From positions 1 to 26,166 of the forward strand of contig JBJMMA010000248.1 of NCBI GenBank assembly GCA_045805065.1: DNA of 26,166 bases, read 5' to 3'. Origin of the DNA: Bdellovibrionia bacterium (lineage in GTDB: Bacteria; Bdellovibrionota; UBA1018). The notes below the pieces were generated by a model. That model saw nothing but the letters and a program-made list of their open reading frames with translations, ran no database searches and was not told where the DNA came from. Below are positions 16,543-25,544 of this stretch, in pieces; the first letter of the stretch is position 1, and each line of letters starts with the position of its first letter. The translations under genes were made by a program, and so were the position numbers.

Positions 16543-18132
16543 ATGATCAGCACTTCAGGAGTCAGCCTTAGTTACGGAAGCCACAAACTTTTCGAGGACG
16601 TAAACATCAAGTTCGTCCCAGGAAATTGCTATGGGCTGATCGGTGCAAACGGCGCCGGTAAATCAACTTTTCTAAAAATTCTTTCGGGCGAAAACACATC
16701 CTACTCCGGAACGGTCACTATCACCCCCGGACAGCGCATCTCCTTTTTGCGCCAGGATCACTTCACCTTTGATGATGTCGAAGTGCTTCAGACCGTGATT
16801 CTGGGCCAGCCTCGTCTGAATGAAGTCATTCGAGAAAAAGACGCGCTTTACACGAAGGCTGACTTCTCGGAAGCTGACGGCGTCCGTGCGGGCGAGCTTG
16901 AGGCGCTTTTTGCTGAGATGGGTGGCTGGGAAGCTGAAAGCGATGCTGCAACTCTGCTTGCAGGCCTTGGTGTTTCCACTGAGCTTCACTCCAAGAAAAT
17001 GCGCGAGCTTCGCGATAATGAAAAGGTGAAAGTCCTGCTTGCTCAGGCCCTTTTCGGGAATCCAGACATCCTGCTTCTGGACGAACCGACCAACCACTTG
17101 GATCTGGCCGCAATCCGCTGGCTTGAGGAGTTTTTGGCCGAATATACCAAGACCGTGATCGTGGTCTCACATGATCGCCATTTTTTGAATCAGGTCTGCA
17201 CGCATATGGCCGATATCGATTTTGGCAAGATCCAGCTCTACACCGGCAATTACGATTTCTGGTACGAGTCAAGCCAACTTGCGCTCAAGCAGATGCAGGA
17301 AAAGAACAAGAAGTCGCAGGAAAAAGCGGAAGAACTCAAAGCCTTCATCGCCCGTTTCAGCGCGAATGCATCCAAGTCCCGCCAGGCCACTTCAAGAAAG
17401 CGGCAGCTTGAAAAGCTATCGATTGACGACATCAAACCGTCCTCTCGCAAGTATCCATTTGTCGCTTTCAAAGCGCAGCGTGAAGCAGGAGATCAGCTTC
17501 TTCGTGTCGAAAACCTTTCAAAGACCCTGGATGGAACGAAGGTCCTGGACCGCGTGTCCTTTTCGATCAAGAAGGGTGATAAAGCAGTTTTCATCGGAGA
17601 CACCGAACTTGCCGTCACTACCCTTTTTGACATCCTTTCGGGAGAAATGGCTCCAGACAGCGGAACGGTTCACTGGGGTGTAACGACGTCTCGGTCTTAT
17701 TTCCCAAAAGACAACTCCCGCTACTTTGATGGCGAAGATCTTTCGCTCATTGATTGGCTCAGACAGTATTCGCCGGATCAAAACGAGAACTTCGTCCGTG
17801 GCTTTCTGGGTCGCATGCTTTTCTCAGGCGATGAAGCCACGAAGAAAACAAAAGTCCTCTCTGGAGGCGAGCGCGTGAGATGCATGCTTGCACGCATGAT
17901 GCTCAGTGAATCCAATGTTCTGATCCTGGATGGTCCGACCAACCACTTGGACCTTGAGTCCATCACTTCGGTCAATAACGGCTTAATGCGCTTTTCCGGG
18001 ACCGTGCTGTTCTCTTCGCATGATCAGCAATTTATTCAGACCGTTGCCAACCAGGTGATCGAAGTCGGAGCGAAGGGCGCACTTGCGCACGATCGTCCTT
18101 TCGAAGAGTACGCTGCGGCTAAGCTGTCCTGA
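16543..18132 (+). CDS. ABC-F family ATPase (YbiT/YkpA-like ribosome-associated factor)
   Basis: GNCYGLIGANGAGKST, LLDEPTNHLD, VSHDRHFLN, linker F.ARFSANASKSRQATSR, second cassette LSGGERVRC. No TM segments. Confidence 0.93.
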   Translation: MISTSGVSLSYGSHKLFEDVNIKFVPGNCYGLIGANGAGKSTFLKILSGENTSYSGTVTITPGQRISFLRQDHFTFDDVEVLQTVILGQPRLNEVIREKDALYTKADFSEADGVRAGELEALFAEMGGWEAESDAATLLAGLGVSTELHSKKMRELRDNEKVKVLLAQALFGNPDILLLDEPTNHLDLAAIRWLEEFLAEYTKTVIVVSHDRHFLNQVCTHMADIDFGKIQLYTGNYDFWYESSQLALKQMQEKNKKSQEKAEELKAFIARFSANASKSRQATSRKRQLEKLSIDDIKPSSRKYPFVAFKAQREAGDQLLRVENLSKTLDGTKVLDRVSFSIKKGDKAVFIGDTELAVTTLFDILSGEMAPDSGTVHWGVTTSRSYFPKDNSRYFDGEDLSLIDWLRQYSPDQNENFVRGFLGRMLFSGDEATKKTKVLSGGERVRCMLARMMLSESNVLILDGPTNHLDLESITSVNNGLMRFSGTVLFSSHDQQFIQTVANQVIEVGAKGALAHDRPFEEYAAAKLS

Positions 18133-18159
18133 GCGTAATTTCGAGATTGAATGATAAGT

Positions 18160-19137
18160 TCAGTTCGGAATGTGTTTCAGTCGAAGCGTCAAGTCCTCGT
18201 GAATCTCCGGTAGCGGCGCGAACTCACCTCTGTACTCCGCAAAGACGTCGAAGCTTGTTGGAAAAGTCCATTGCCCGCTGTGGAGTTCAGCACCTGCGTG
18301 ACAGGCAGAGAATCCGGAACTCCACATCATGACGCTTTGAGCGATTTCGCCCGCATCAGGGCAAGTGATCATGAGGTTTTCGGTCGGCGGAGCGGTCAAG
18401 CTCATCGAAATTTTCACGCTGAATGGCTTCGAATGAGAGGACTTTCTCGGTGCGATGCCAGGTACCACGAGCGGCGTAAATTCGATTCCAGCAGTTTGAA
18501 GCATGAGCTGGCCAGAGTTTCCAGTTGCGGTGACTCTGCATTCGGACTGAGGCATCGCGAGCTTCGAGTAATTCAAGGTGACATCGCCCATGATCTTGAT
18601 GCGTCCCTGGCTATCCAACAACGTCGTAAGAGGAGATTTCCCGACGACGGTAAAAGCCGCAGTGCCAGCATCGGGAGTACGAAGCTCAAGAGAGCTTTCG
18701 AACTCGAGTTCAAATCTTGCGCAATGCTCAAGCGCACTACGTGCAAGCATCGGATCAAAACCAGGTGCAGAGAGAACCTCGGGCTTATTCACCGGCCACG
18801 CAACCCAAGCCTGCAAAGTTGCGATCTGGGATGCGTCCCGAGCTTTACAAAGATTTCCGGAGATTTTTACGGCAAGTGCCCAAGCTTGAGCGAGCTCTGT
18901 TTTTCCGGTGATCACATTACCGTTGAGCTCTCCGTAAGGAGCCGCGCGTAGGTTCCAATTCTTGAAGGCCAAATAGGCTGCGTCGATCTGATCTGAGTCA
19001 GCTATTGCCCCGATGAGCTGAGACTGCACCCCAGCCCACTCGGCACGCAATGCGTCTGAAACGGAATCCGCCTGCACGTAAGACGCCGAGAAACAGAGAA
19101 GCCAACCAGTAAACGCCAGAAAGGCAAGTTTTCGCAT
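18160..19137 (-). CDS. Secreted hypothetical protein
   Basis: Signal peptide MRKLAFLAFTGWLLCFSASYVQA|D; helical-looking N-half and beta-rich C-half with Cys residues; no family recognised. Start could be up to 19173. Confidence 0.7.
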   Translation of the reverse strand: MRKLAFLAFTGWLLCFSASYVQADSVSDALRAEWAGVQSQLIGAIADSDQIDAAYLAFKNWNLRAAPYGELNGNVITGKTELAQAWALAVKISGNLCKARDASQIATLQAWVAWPVNKPEVLSAPGFDPMLARSALEHCARFELEFESSLELRTPDAGTAAFTVVGKSPLTTLLDSQGRIKIMGDVTLNYSKLAMPQSECRVTATGNSGQLMLQTAGIEFTPLVVPGIAPRKSSHSKPFSVKISMSLTAPPTENLMITCPDAGEIAQSVMMWSSGFSACHAGAELHSGQWTFPTSFDVFAEYRGEFAPLPEIHEDLTLRLKHIPN

Positions 19138-19213
19138 GCGCCGCCGACTATCACGCCGCATATTATTGAGCAAGATGCTACTTGAAGGCTAAGTTCTTAA
19201 TCTTCGACCGCAA

Positions 19214-19327
19214 TTAGTCGCGCGGATAGCAGTTATGGCAATCCGAACACTGAATGCAAATCATGCGTTTGCAGGTTTCGCATTGTCTTTCGGCCGGTTC
19301 TCTTTTGCAGAAGAAGCACATGTTCAT
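19214..19327 (-). CDS. 37-aa Cys-rich microprotein (four CxxC, B-box/zinc-finger-like)
   Basis: MNMCFFCKREPAERQCETCKRMICIQCSDCHNCYPRD; TATCAT -10-like hexamer 6 nt before the ATG. Confidence 0.6.
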   Translation of the reverse strand: MNMCFFCKREPAERQCETCKRMICIQCSDCHNCYPRD

Positions 19328-19446
19328 GGCTTGATGATACCTAAAGCCGAAGGCCGGTAAAACAGAAAAGCCCTGCCAGGCCCTCCTCCAAGATTGACTC
19401 CGCGCATTGCGCGGGATACGACCTCGCACAGAAAGGCCCGCAAAGC

Positions 19447-20064
19447 ATGGAGAGACTCAAACCCTTAGCGAAAGTTGCATTTGAAAACTTCGGTCCGGTT
19501 CTGGTCTTCTACGCCGTCAATCATTTCTATGGCCTGAGGCCCGCTATTGCGGCCTCTGCATTGTACACCGTTGCCGAAATCATTTCGAAGGTTAGAAAAA
19601 AAGAGAAGCTAACGTCTCTTTTCAAGTTTTCTGCGATCATGACTCTGATTTTTGGCGCCGTGGATCTCTATTCTCAGCAAACCTTCATGTTTAAGTATGA
19701 AGCGTGCGTCAGCAACGTCTTTACCGGCCTGTTCTTCGGAGCATCTCTGCTCTCTGAAAAAACGGTACTTCAGGAATTCCGTGAGAAAAGCGGCAATCAT
19801 GGACCCGTCACTCAAGATCGCGTCGCCTATTTCAAGATTTTGACCGCTATTTGGGTGATCTACTTTTTCGCAAAAGCCGGTGCCTACTATTGGATGGCCT
19901 CTCACATGAGCCTGGAACAGGGCCTGATGCTTCGAACCATCCTGGGAAGCGCAAGTTTCTATGCAATGCTTTTCATTTCAATTTTCGGCAGCAAGAAAAT
20001 CTTCCCCCTCATGAAAAAGTGGAATCTCCTTCCGCGCTCAGAAGCCGAATCTTCACTAACATAA
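19447..20064 (+). CDS. YciB/IspZ (intracellular septation protein A)-like membrane protein
   Basis: E.FGP.LVFY, IFG...L...F.K....N, and LT..W..YF pattern; about 5-6 TM helices. Confidence 0.7.
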   Translation: MERLKPLAKVAFENFGPVLVFYAVNHFYGLRPAIAASALYTVAEIISKVRKKEKLTSLFKFSAIMTLIFGAVDLYSQQTFMFKYEACVSNVFTGLFFGASLLSEKTVLQEFREKSGNHGPVTQDRVAYFKILTAIWVIYFFAKAGAYYWMASHMSLEQGLMLRTILGSASFYAMLFISIFGSKKIFPLMKKWNLLPRSEAESSLT

Positions 20065-20231
20065 GCATTCCGACCCATTACAGGATCGTTCCGATACACT
20101 CGCGCAGTTTAAGATGTGTCAGGTGTGACAACATAAGAATCCAGCCTTGGCTGTGACTTTTATGACACATTTTACCAAATCACTGCGCGTGCCAAGATGG
20201 TTAAGTATCAAGCCTTTCCTTGGGGGAATTT

Positions 20232-21197
20232 ATGGGGAACATGAAAGCATTCGCAAGCATCTCTATTTCGTTACTTGCTCTCACGGGCTGCGAAACTGAC
20301 TTTGCGGTCACGAAAAATTACCATGAGGCTTCCAATCACGATGCGCTGACGGCGCCGGCAGCATCTCCGACTCCAACTCGGACTGCATCTCCTTCTCCGA
20401 CTCCATCGGCATCGCCTTCTCCATCTGCTTCTGCTTCGCCATCTCCTTCTCCGACTCAGGTTTGCCAAACTGTATTGCAACAGACCGCAAAGAATTTGCG
20501 CATTTTGTTCATGATCGATAACTCGGCCTCAACCGATCACTCGGACCCAAGCCAGTACTATCGGATCCAGACGTTGAGGAACTTTCTTCAAAACTATGGA
20601 TCCAAACCGAACTTGACCTACAGCTTTTCTTACTTCGGAACCAACACTTATACGGTCGACCCAGTGTCATTATCTGTTTTTTCATCCAGTAATCATCCGA
20701 TCACATCGAGTGACCATCTTTTTGGTAACTCCACCTTCTTGAGCCAGGCTCTGAGTATTTACGAGAAAAAGTCCGCAGAGCCGGGCACGCTCTATTTGAC
20801 TGCGCTCAGCACGCTTCAGAACATGATCTTAAATGATATGGCCCAGGATCCAAAATGGGACTACGTCGTTGTCTTCCTGTCCGATGGAGGCGCATCTGAC
20901 AACCATCTTGATAAAAACCCATTAAATAAAAAGGTCCAGGACCTCCGGACAATGGTAAGCGCCCACGGACATGAGCTTACTTTCAGCACGGTGTACTTCG
21001 GGGCCAAGGAGTCAGACGTGATCAAGGACCCAACCGCTTACTACGGATTCAACGTCTCGTACGCTGAAGTGGTTGGCAATTTGAAGAGCATGGCGACCGC
21101 AGGAAACGGACAGTTCCTCGACACCAACCTAAACAATGGATCGCTTGTGATCGGAGACATCATCACGGTTCCAGGCGAAGTCTGCACGACAAACTGA
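20232..21197 (+). CDS. VWA-domain lipoprotein with Ser/Pro linker
   Basis: Lipobox LTG|C, (SP)n linker, MIDAS elements ILFMIDNSAS...GT.Y..AL...VVFLSDG. Start at 20232 or 20241. Confidence 0.85.
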   Translation: MGNMKAFASISISLLALTGCETDFAVTKNYHEASNHDALTAPAASPTPTRTASPSPTPSASPSPSASASPSPSPTQVCQTVLQQTAKNLRILFMIDNSASTDHSDPSQYYRIQTLRNFLQNYGSKPNLTYSFSYFGTNTYTVDPVSLSVFSSSNHPITSSDHLFGNSTFLSQALSIYEKKSAEPGTLYLTALSTLQNMILNDMAQDPKWDYVVVFLSDGGASDNHLDKNPLNKKVQDLRTMVSAHGHELTFSTVYFGAKESDVIKDPTAYYGFNVSYAEVVGNLKSMATAGNGQFLDTNLNNGSLVIGDIITVPGEVCTTN

Positions 21198-21244
21198 TAA
21201 CGATCCAGAGCCGAAACTTCAGCGCAACTTATCAGCTCACTCAT

Positions 21245-21292
21245 GCGTAGAATTGTCCGACACATTGCTTCAGGACAATTCTACGCTATTTT
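21245..21292 (+). terminator. Hairpin terminator after the VWA gene
   Basis: GCGTAGAATTGTCC-14 nt-GGACAATTCTACGC followed by TATTTT. Confidence 0.65.
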
Positions 21293-21431
21293 CGTTCTAT
21301 ACTCTTTGTTGAAATAGTTTTCTCTATTTCACTCGAGTCAACTCCAGTCGTCGCAGACACAATTGAATATCTTTCATTCTGCCCGGCATAATAGATCTTG
21401 TTCGATCACTTGTTCATAATAAGGGGGAAAC

Positions 21432-23405
21432 ATGAACTCAACCAACTTCAAACCGAGATTCGGATTACCGGGTGCTGCGATAGCTATTGCGGCAACTCTA
21501 GTCGGGAGTAAAGCATTTGCCGTATCTCCCACGGTGCAAGGCGCGTGGCCGCCTGCCGCGTTTCCGTCTGATGCGGTACATTACTATGTAGCGCCCACTG
21601 GAAACGACGGTTCTAATGGATCTTCGTCGAGCCCTTGGCTCACCCTCAAGAAGGCATCCACTAGCATTGTGAGTGGATCCAAGCCTGTAGTTGTTCACGT
21701 TCGTCCTGGAACTTACAAACTACCAGCCTGCAGTTCTTCATCTGGCAATTCGATTTCCATGAGCAAAAGCGGAACCGCAGCAGCACCCATCACCTTCATC
21801 TCAGATTCTCGGTGGCAAGCAAAACTCGTTGGCGACCCGAGTTGCAGGAACCAATGGTACATTACGGGAAGCTACATCAACATCTGGGGCTTCGACTTCA
21901 CGGGCATACAGACGAGCAGCGCTCTTAACTCTGCCGTGATCGCGATGGAAGGCGCCAACGGAAACGTGGATGTTGCCTACAATCACATCCATGACCTGCC
22001 ATACGGCTTTGGTTCCGCCATCAGCATGGAGCCTTGGGGAAATAGCACTTACACTGGAGCTCCCTGCAGCGTGCATGACAACGTCATTCACGACATCGCT
22101 TTCAATACATCCGAGAATTTCAATAACTATGGGATGTATATCGCCTGCGGTAAGACCAGCTACATCTACAACAACTTGATTTATAATCAGGGCACGATCG
22201 GTATCCACCTCTGGCATGCTGCCAATGGTGTGAACATTTTCAACAATACGGTCAGCAGCAATAATACCGCCAGTGGGAATCAATCGATTGGTATTCTTGT
22301 TGGAACGGGAGACGGAGGCAGACAAACCGGAGCTGTTTACAACGTCAGCAATAATATCGTAGTCAATTCTTACTACGGAATTGTCGCGGAATATGGATCA
22401 GGCGCGAGCATCTCGACAAGCTCCGTTTTCAAAAATAATCTGATCTATAATAACAAGATCGATTGGTACTATAATGCCGGCGGCCAAAAAACGACCTTGC
22501 AGGCAATGGGCATGTCCGTCACTGGAATCGTAAACAAAGACCCGCGTTTTGTTTCGCCATCCAGTGCCAACTATCGGCTCTTGTCTGACAGCCCAGCAAT
22601 CAATGCTGGTAGTGCTACGGGTGCTCCTACCCGAGACTTAGAACTGGCATTGCGTGCCTTGCCGGTTGATATCGGAGCATATGAGTTCGGAGGCGTCAGC
22701 CCATCACCGTCGCCATCTCCAACTCCTTCGCCTACGCCATCGCCATCGCCATCACCTACTTCATCACCTAAGCCGGTGCTGAGTTTGTCGGCAAGCTCCC
22801 TGAACTTTGGCAGCGTGCTGCTTGGTTCGTCGGGCCCTGCACAGGTGCTGACGCTGAAAAACACTGGTAATGCGAATCTCTCAATCACCTCGGCCTTCGC
22901 ATTTAGCAGTGGCTTCAACGGATCCGGCAACTGCCCTGTAGGCATTGTCGCCCCTGGTGCAAGCTGTACTGTGAACATCGTGTTCAAGCCTGCGGCAGTG
23001 GGATCGGTCTCCGGATCGATGTCAATCGCGACCAACGCGTCAGGTTCACCTGTCGTGGTGAAACTCGCGGGCGTAGGAGCCTCTCCTGCGGCGCCGGTTC
23101 TGAACCTGTCCGCAAGTTCTCTGAACTTCGGAAGCGTCACCGTCGGCAGGACCAGCCCCGCACAGGTGCTCACACTGAAGAATACGGGCAATGCGAATCT
23201 GTCAATCACTTCGGCATTCGTGTTCAGCAGTGGCTTCAGTGGATCCGGCAACTGCCCAGTGGGTACGCTCGCTCCAGGCGCAAGCTGCTACGTGAACATC
23301 GTGTTCAAGCCTGCGTCGAAGGGTACGAAAACCGGAAGCATTCAGATCTACACGAATACTTCCACTTCTCCAAAAGCCGTTCCGCTCTACGGAACCGGCA
23401 AGTAA
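21432..23405 (+). CDS. Secreted right-handed parallel beta-helix protein (DUF1565/pectin-lyase-like) with Ser/Pro linker and two Ig-like (ASPM-SPD2-Hydin/choice-of-anchor D) domains
   Basis: Signal ending AFA|V; YYVAPTGND...S.PW.T...; V.VRPGTY; Asn-ladder repeats; DPRF....NYRL...SPAINAG...DIGAYE; two L.FGSV...LKNTG.ANL.I...C.V.I.F.P domains. Confidence 0.88.
   Translation: MNSTNFKPRFGLPGAAIAIAATLVGSKAFAVSPTVQGAWPPAAFPSDAVHYYVAPTGNDGSNGSSSSPWLTLKKASTSIVSGSKPVVVHVRPGTYKLPACSSSSGNSISMSKSGTAAAPITFISDSRWQAKLVGDPSCRNQWYITGSYINIWGFDFTGIQTSSALNSAVIAMEGANGNVDVAYNHIHDLPYGFGSAISMEPWGNSTYTGAPCSVHDNVIHDIAFNTSENFNNYGMYIACGKTSYIYNNLIYNQGTIGIHLWHAANGVNIFNNTVSSNNTASGNQSIGILVGTGDGGRQTGAVYNVSNNIVVNSYYGIVAEYGSGASISTSSVFKNNLIYNNKIDWYYNAGGQKTTLQAMGMSVTGIVNKDPRFVSPSSANYRLLSDSPAINAGSATGAPTRDLELALRALPVDIGAYEFGGVSPSPSPSPTPSPTPSPSPSPTSSPKPVLSLSASSLNFGSVLLGSSGPAQVLTLKNTGNANLSITSAFAFSSGFNGSGNCPVGIVAPGASCTVNIVFKPAAVGSVSGSMSIATNASGSPVVVKLAGVGASPAAPVLNLSASSLNFGSVTVGRTSPAQVLTLKNTGNANLSITSAFVFSSGFSGSGNCPVGTLAPGASCYVNIVFKPASKGTKTGSIQIYTNTSTSPKAVPLYGTGK
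22773..23402 (+). repeat. Intragenic tandem duplication of the Ig-like domain (321-bp offset)
   Basis: Copies begin at 22773 (PVLSLSASSLNFGSV) and 23094 (PVLNLSASSLNFGSV); shared AQVLTLKNTGNANLSITSAF. Confidence 0.9.
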
Positions 23406-23423
23406 GAGAAGCCTAAAGAAACG

Positions 23424-23477
23424 AAACGCCTCATCGGATTCCCTTAGGGGATCATTCCGATGAGGCGTTTTGCTTTT
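23424..23477. terminator. Probably bidirectional terminator between convergent genes
   Basis: AAACGCCTCATCGGA-17 nt-TCCGATGAGGCGTTT, then TGCTTTT; A-rich on the left side. Confidence 0.75.
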
Positions 23478-23510
23478 GAATGGAGCTGAAAATAAGCTAC
23501 CTACGGAAAT

Positions 23511-24350
23511 TCAGGTCCGTTTTTTTCGAAAGACCTTCTCCACTAGCTTCCTGGTCTGTCGAAAATAGATGTACTCCCTCGTCTTGAGCTCCTTACGGAT
23601 TTCCTTCTGCAATCGTGCCTGACAATCGCGTGCGAGTTGCTGAAGTTTGTCGGGATCATGAAGCACGTCGGCGTACTCAGTGGAGTCGATGGACGGAAGG
23701 ATCCGGATCTTCCATTTTGCAGGGAGAGGAACAGGGTTCACGGGAAACGGAATTCGTATCCCCTTGATGAACTTTGAAAGGTCGACATTGCCGAGATTGA
23801 GGCTCGCCTCTTCGGCTCCGATGATCACACAGGGAATGATCGGTGCGCGATTCGGAATCGCCATTCGAAGGAAGCCCGTATGAAACGGCTGAAGCTGGTA
23901 ACGTTTGAACGTCGGCTTGAAGTTTCCAACCTCGCCTTCGGGAAAGAGAATCACAAGCCGCCCCTGCTTCAGCATCTCCTGGCCACCAGTCACGGTTGCC
24001 TTGCGAAGGCCAAAACGTTCGGCGACGGCTTTGAGTGTTTTTGAAAAATCAAAAAAGGCCCGATGAGCGAGAAGCCGCGCCCGCCTCCGCGTCTCGCGCT
24101 TGATGACGTGCGCGAGGATAAGCGCGTCGGCTCCTGCAAACCCTGAGTGATTGGGAATAATGATCGCCCCGCCCTTGCGAGGAATATTTTCGAGTCCCTC
24201 AACTTCCACCCGGAAGTAACCTCGGAGAAGCTGAAGCCAGATGCGGTTGAGAGTCTTGAAACGGCGGTGCTTGACGAGTTCGATCAGATCCACGTTCCAA
24301 GTATAGTCCGACATTGGGCAACAGAAAAGAATTGGGTGTATGCGCCTCAC
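23511..24350 (-). CDS. Lysophospholipid/1-acylglycerol-3-phosphate acyltransferase (PlsC family)
   Basis: VEGLENIP, NHSG...D, FPEG, GF.RMAI...APIIP. GTG start overlaps the upstream stop (alternative ATG at 24314). Confidence 0.9.
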   Translation of the reverse strand: MRRIHPILFCCPMSDYTWNVDLIELVKHRRFKTLNRIWLQLLRGYFRVEVEGLENIPRKGGAIIIPNHSGFAGADALILAHVIKRETRRRARLLAHRAFFDFSKTLKAVAERFGLRKATVTGGQEMLKQGRLVILFPEGEVGNFKPTFKRYQLQPFHTGFLRMAIPNRAPIIPCVIIGAEEASLNLGNVDLSKFIKGIRIPFPVNPVPLPAKWKIRILPSIDSTEYADVLHDPDKLQQLARDCQARLQKEIRKELKTREYIYFRQTRKLVEKVFRKKRT

Positions 24351-25351
24351 TTACAGGCTTCAACGAAATCGATACCCATCATCCGATCGAAGGCTTTTGC
24401 GAAATAGGCGTAAGTGATGATGCCGGCAACCCCGGTTGAAAGGTCCTGCCAATCCGTACGAATGCGATCGCCCGTCACAGCGTGGTCTAAGCCCATATAA
24501 ACTTCATAGTGGACGTTCATCAGGAAATCGATTCCGAGAGCTGCCTTGAGAATATTTGCCGCTTGTCCGGGCGCCAGAGTTTTCAGGCATTGGTCAAAAG
24601 TTGCCATCGCATAGAGACCCATCATGAAGTTGGAATTATGCTCCGCGATCCAGTAGCGCAAAGTCCCATCCGGCTCGCGGTTATGACGATACTCGGTCAA
24701 CGCATCTAAGGGCTCGATGAATTCAGTCACAAGAAAAGAGGGCAATGCGCAGCCTGCGACATAGCGCGTGGAGAGCCTTAAGAATTTTCTTTTGACGGTT
24801 TTGACGTTTTCTCGACGTAATTTTTTCATGACCTCTTTGAATAGAGGGTTGGATCTCATCGCTCTGAATTTAGGACATACAGACTGCTTGAGACGCGAAA
24901 GATCAACGACGTTTTTTGAAGATCCAGGCGTTGACTGAAGCAGTCGTTCCTGAGTTTCCGGGGAAAGTTCACCTTCCCACGCGTAAAACTCCACATTTGG
25001 CTGCTCCGGATCGATCAAGTGAGAACGCTTTTTGGCATCCGATAAAACAATCAGCGGATAATCCGGCAAATCACGGTTTTCAGAAACCTGCCCCAAAAGA
25101 TAAGTCAGCTTTCCGTCTTTGCCTTGAACTCTTGCCAGAACCGGATCGTGTCTTTTTGAAAGCACTCTTTGATAAAGGTCGTTTGATTCGAGCTTTTGAA
25201 AAGAGGTCAGATCGACTTCGGTAGAAGCATTGAGCTGCAGCACTTTCACAAGTCCATCTCGCAAACAGCTACTCGATATCCGCCCGTTCTCGCCCATTGC
25301 GGTGCCAATAGAGAAAAAGCACAAAAGTGCCAGGTAGACGGAAACCTTCAT
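24347..25351 (-). CDS. Hypothetical protein with signal peptide and hydrophobic C-terminal region
   Basis: MKVSVYLALLCFFSIGTAMG signal; C-terminal hydrophobic segments carrying H/N/E/D residues. Confidence 0.7.
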   Translation of the reverse strand: MKVSVYLALLCFFSIGTAMGENGRISSSCLRDGLVKVLQLNASTEVDLTSFQKLESNDLYQRVLSKRHDPVLARVQGKDGKLTYLLGQVSENRDLPDYPLIVLSDAKKRSHLIDPEQPNVEFYAWEGELSPETQERLLQSTPGSSKNVVDLSRLKQSVCPKFRAMRSNPLFKEVMKKLRRENVKTVKRKFLRLSTRYVAGCALPSFLVTEFIEPLDALTEYRHNREPDGTLRYWIAEHNSNFMMGLYAMATFDQCLKTLAPGQAANILKAALGIDFLMNVHYEVYMGLDHAVTGDRIRTDWQDLSTGVAGIITYAYFAKAFDRMMGIDFVEACK

Positions 25352-25544
25352 ATTTTCATATCGGCATATCAAGCGATGGCCTTAAAGGCTCTTTGAAGAA
25401 CCGGAACGCGCTCGAACCGATTCACATTCCCAATTAAACCTGGAACTGATAAGTTTTTGTCTGTGAATTAAGCTGCTTCTATCGAGTCTGTGGGTATCCT
25501 GCCCAAATTCTCCTTAGTGCCTCTTAGCGTCAAAGGAAACATCT

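Noticed and set aside
18271..18951. 226-aa plus-strand ORF
   Set aside because: Arg/Ser-rich, motif-less and antisense to a CDS that has a clear signal peptide.
20116..20170. Cluster of TGTCA/TGTGAC/TGACA motifs upstream of the VWA gene
   Set aside because: Short with inconsistent spacing; cannot be separated from chance without comparative data.
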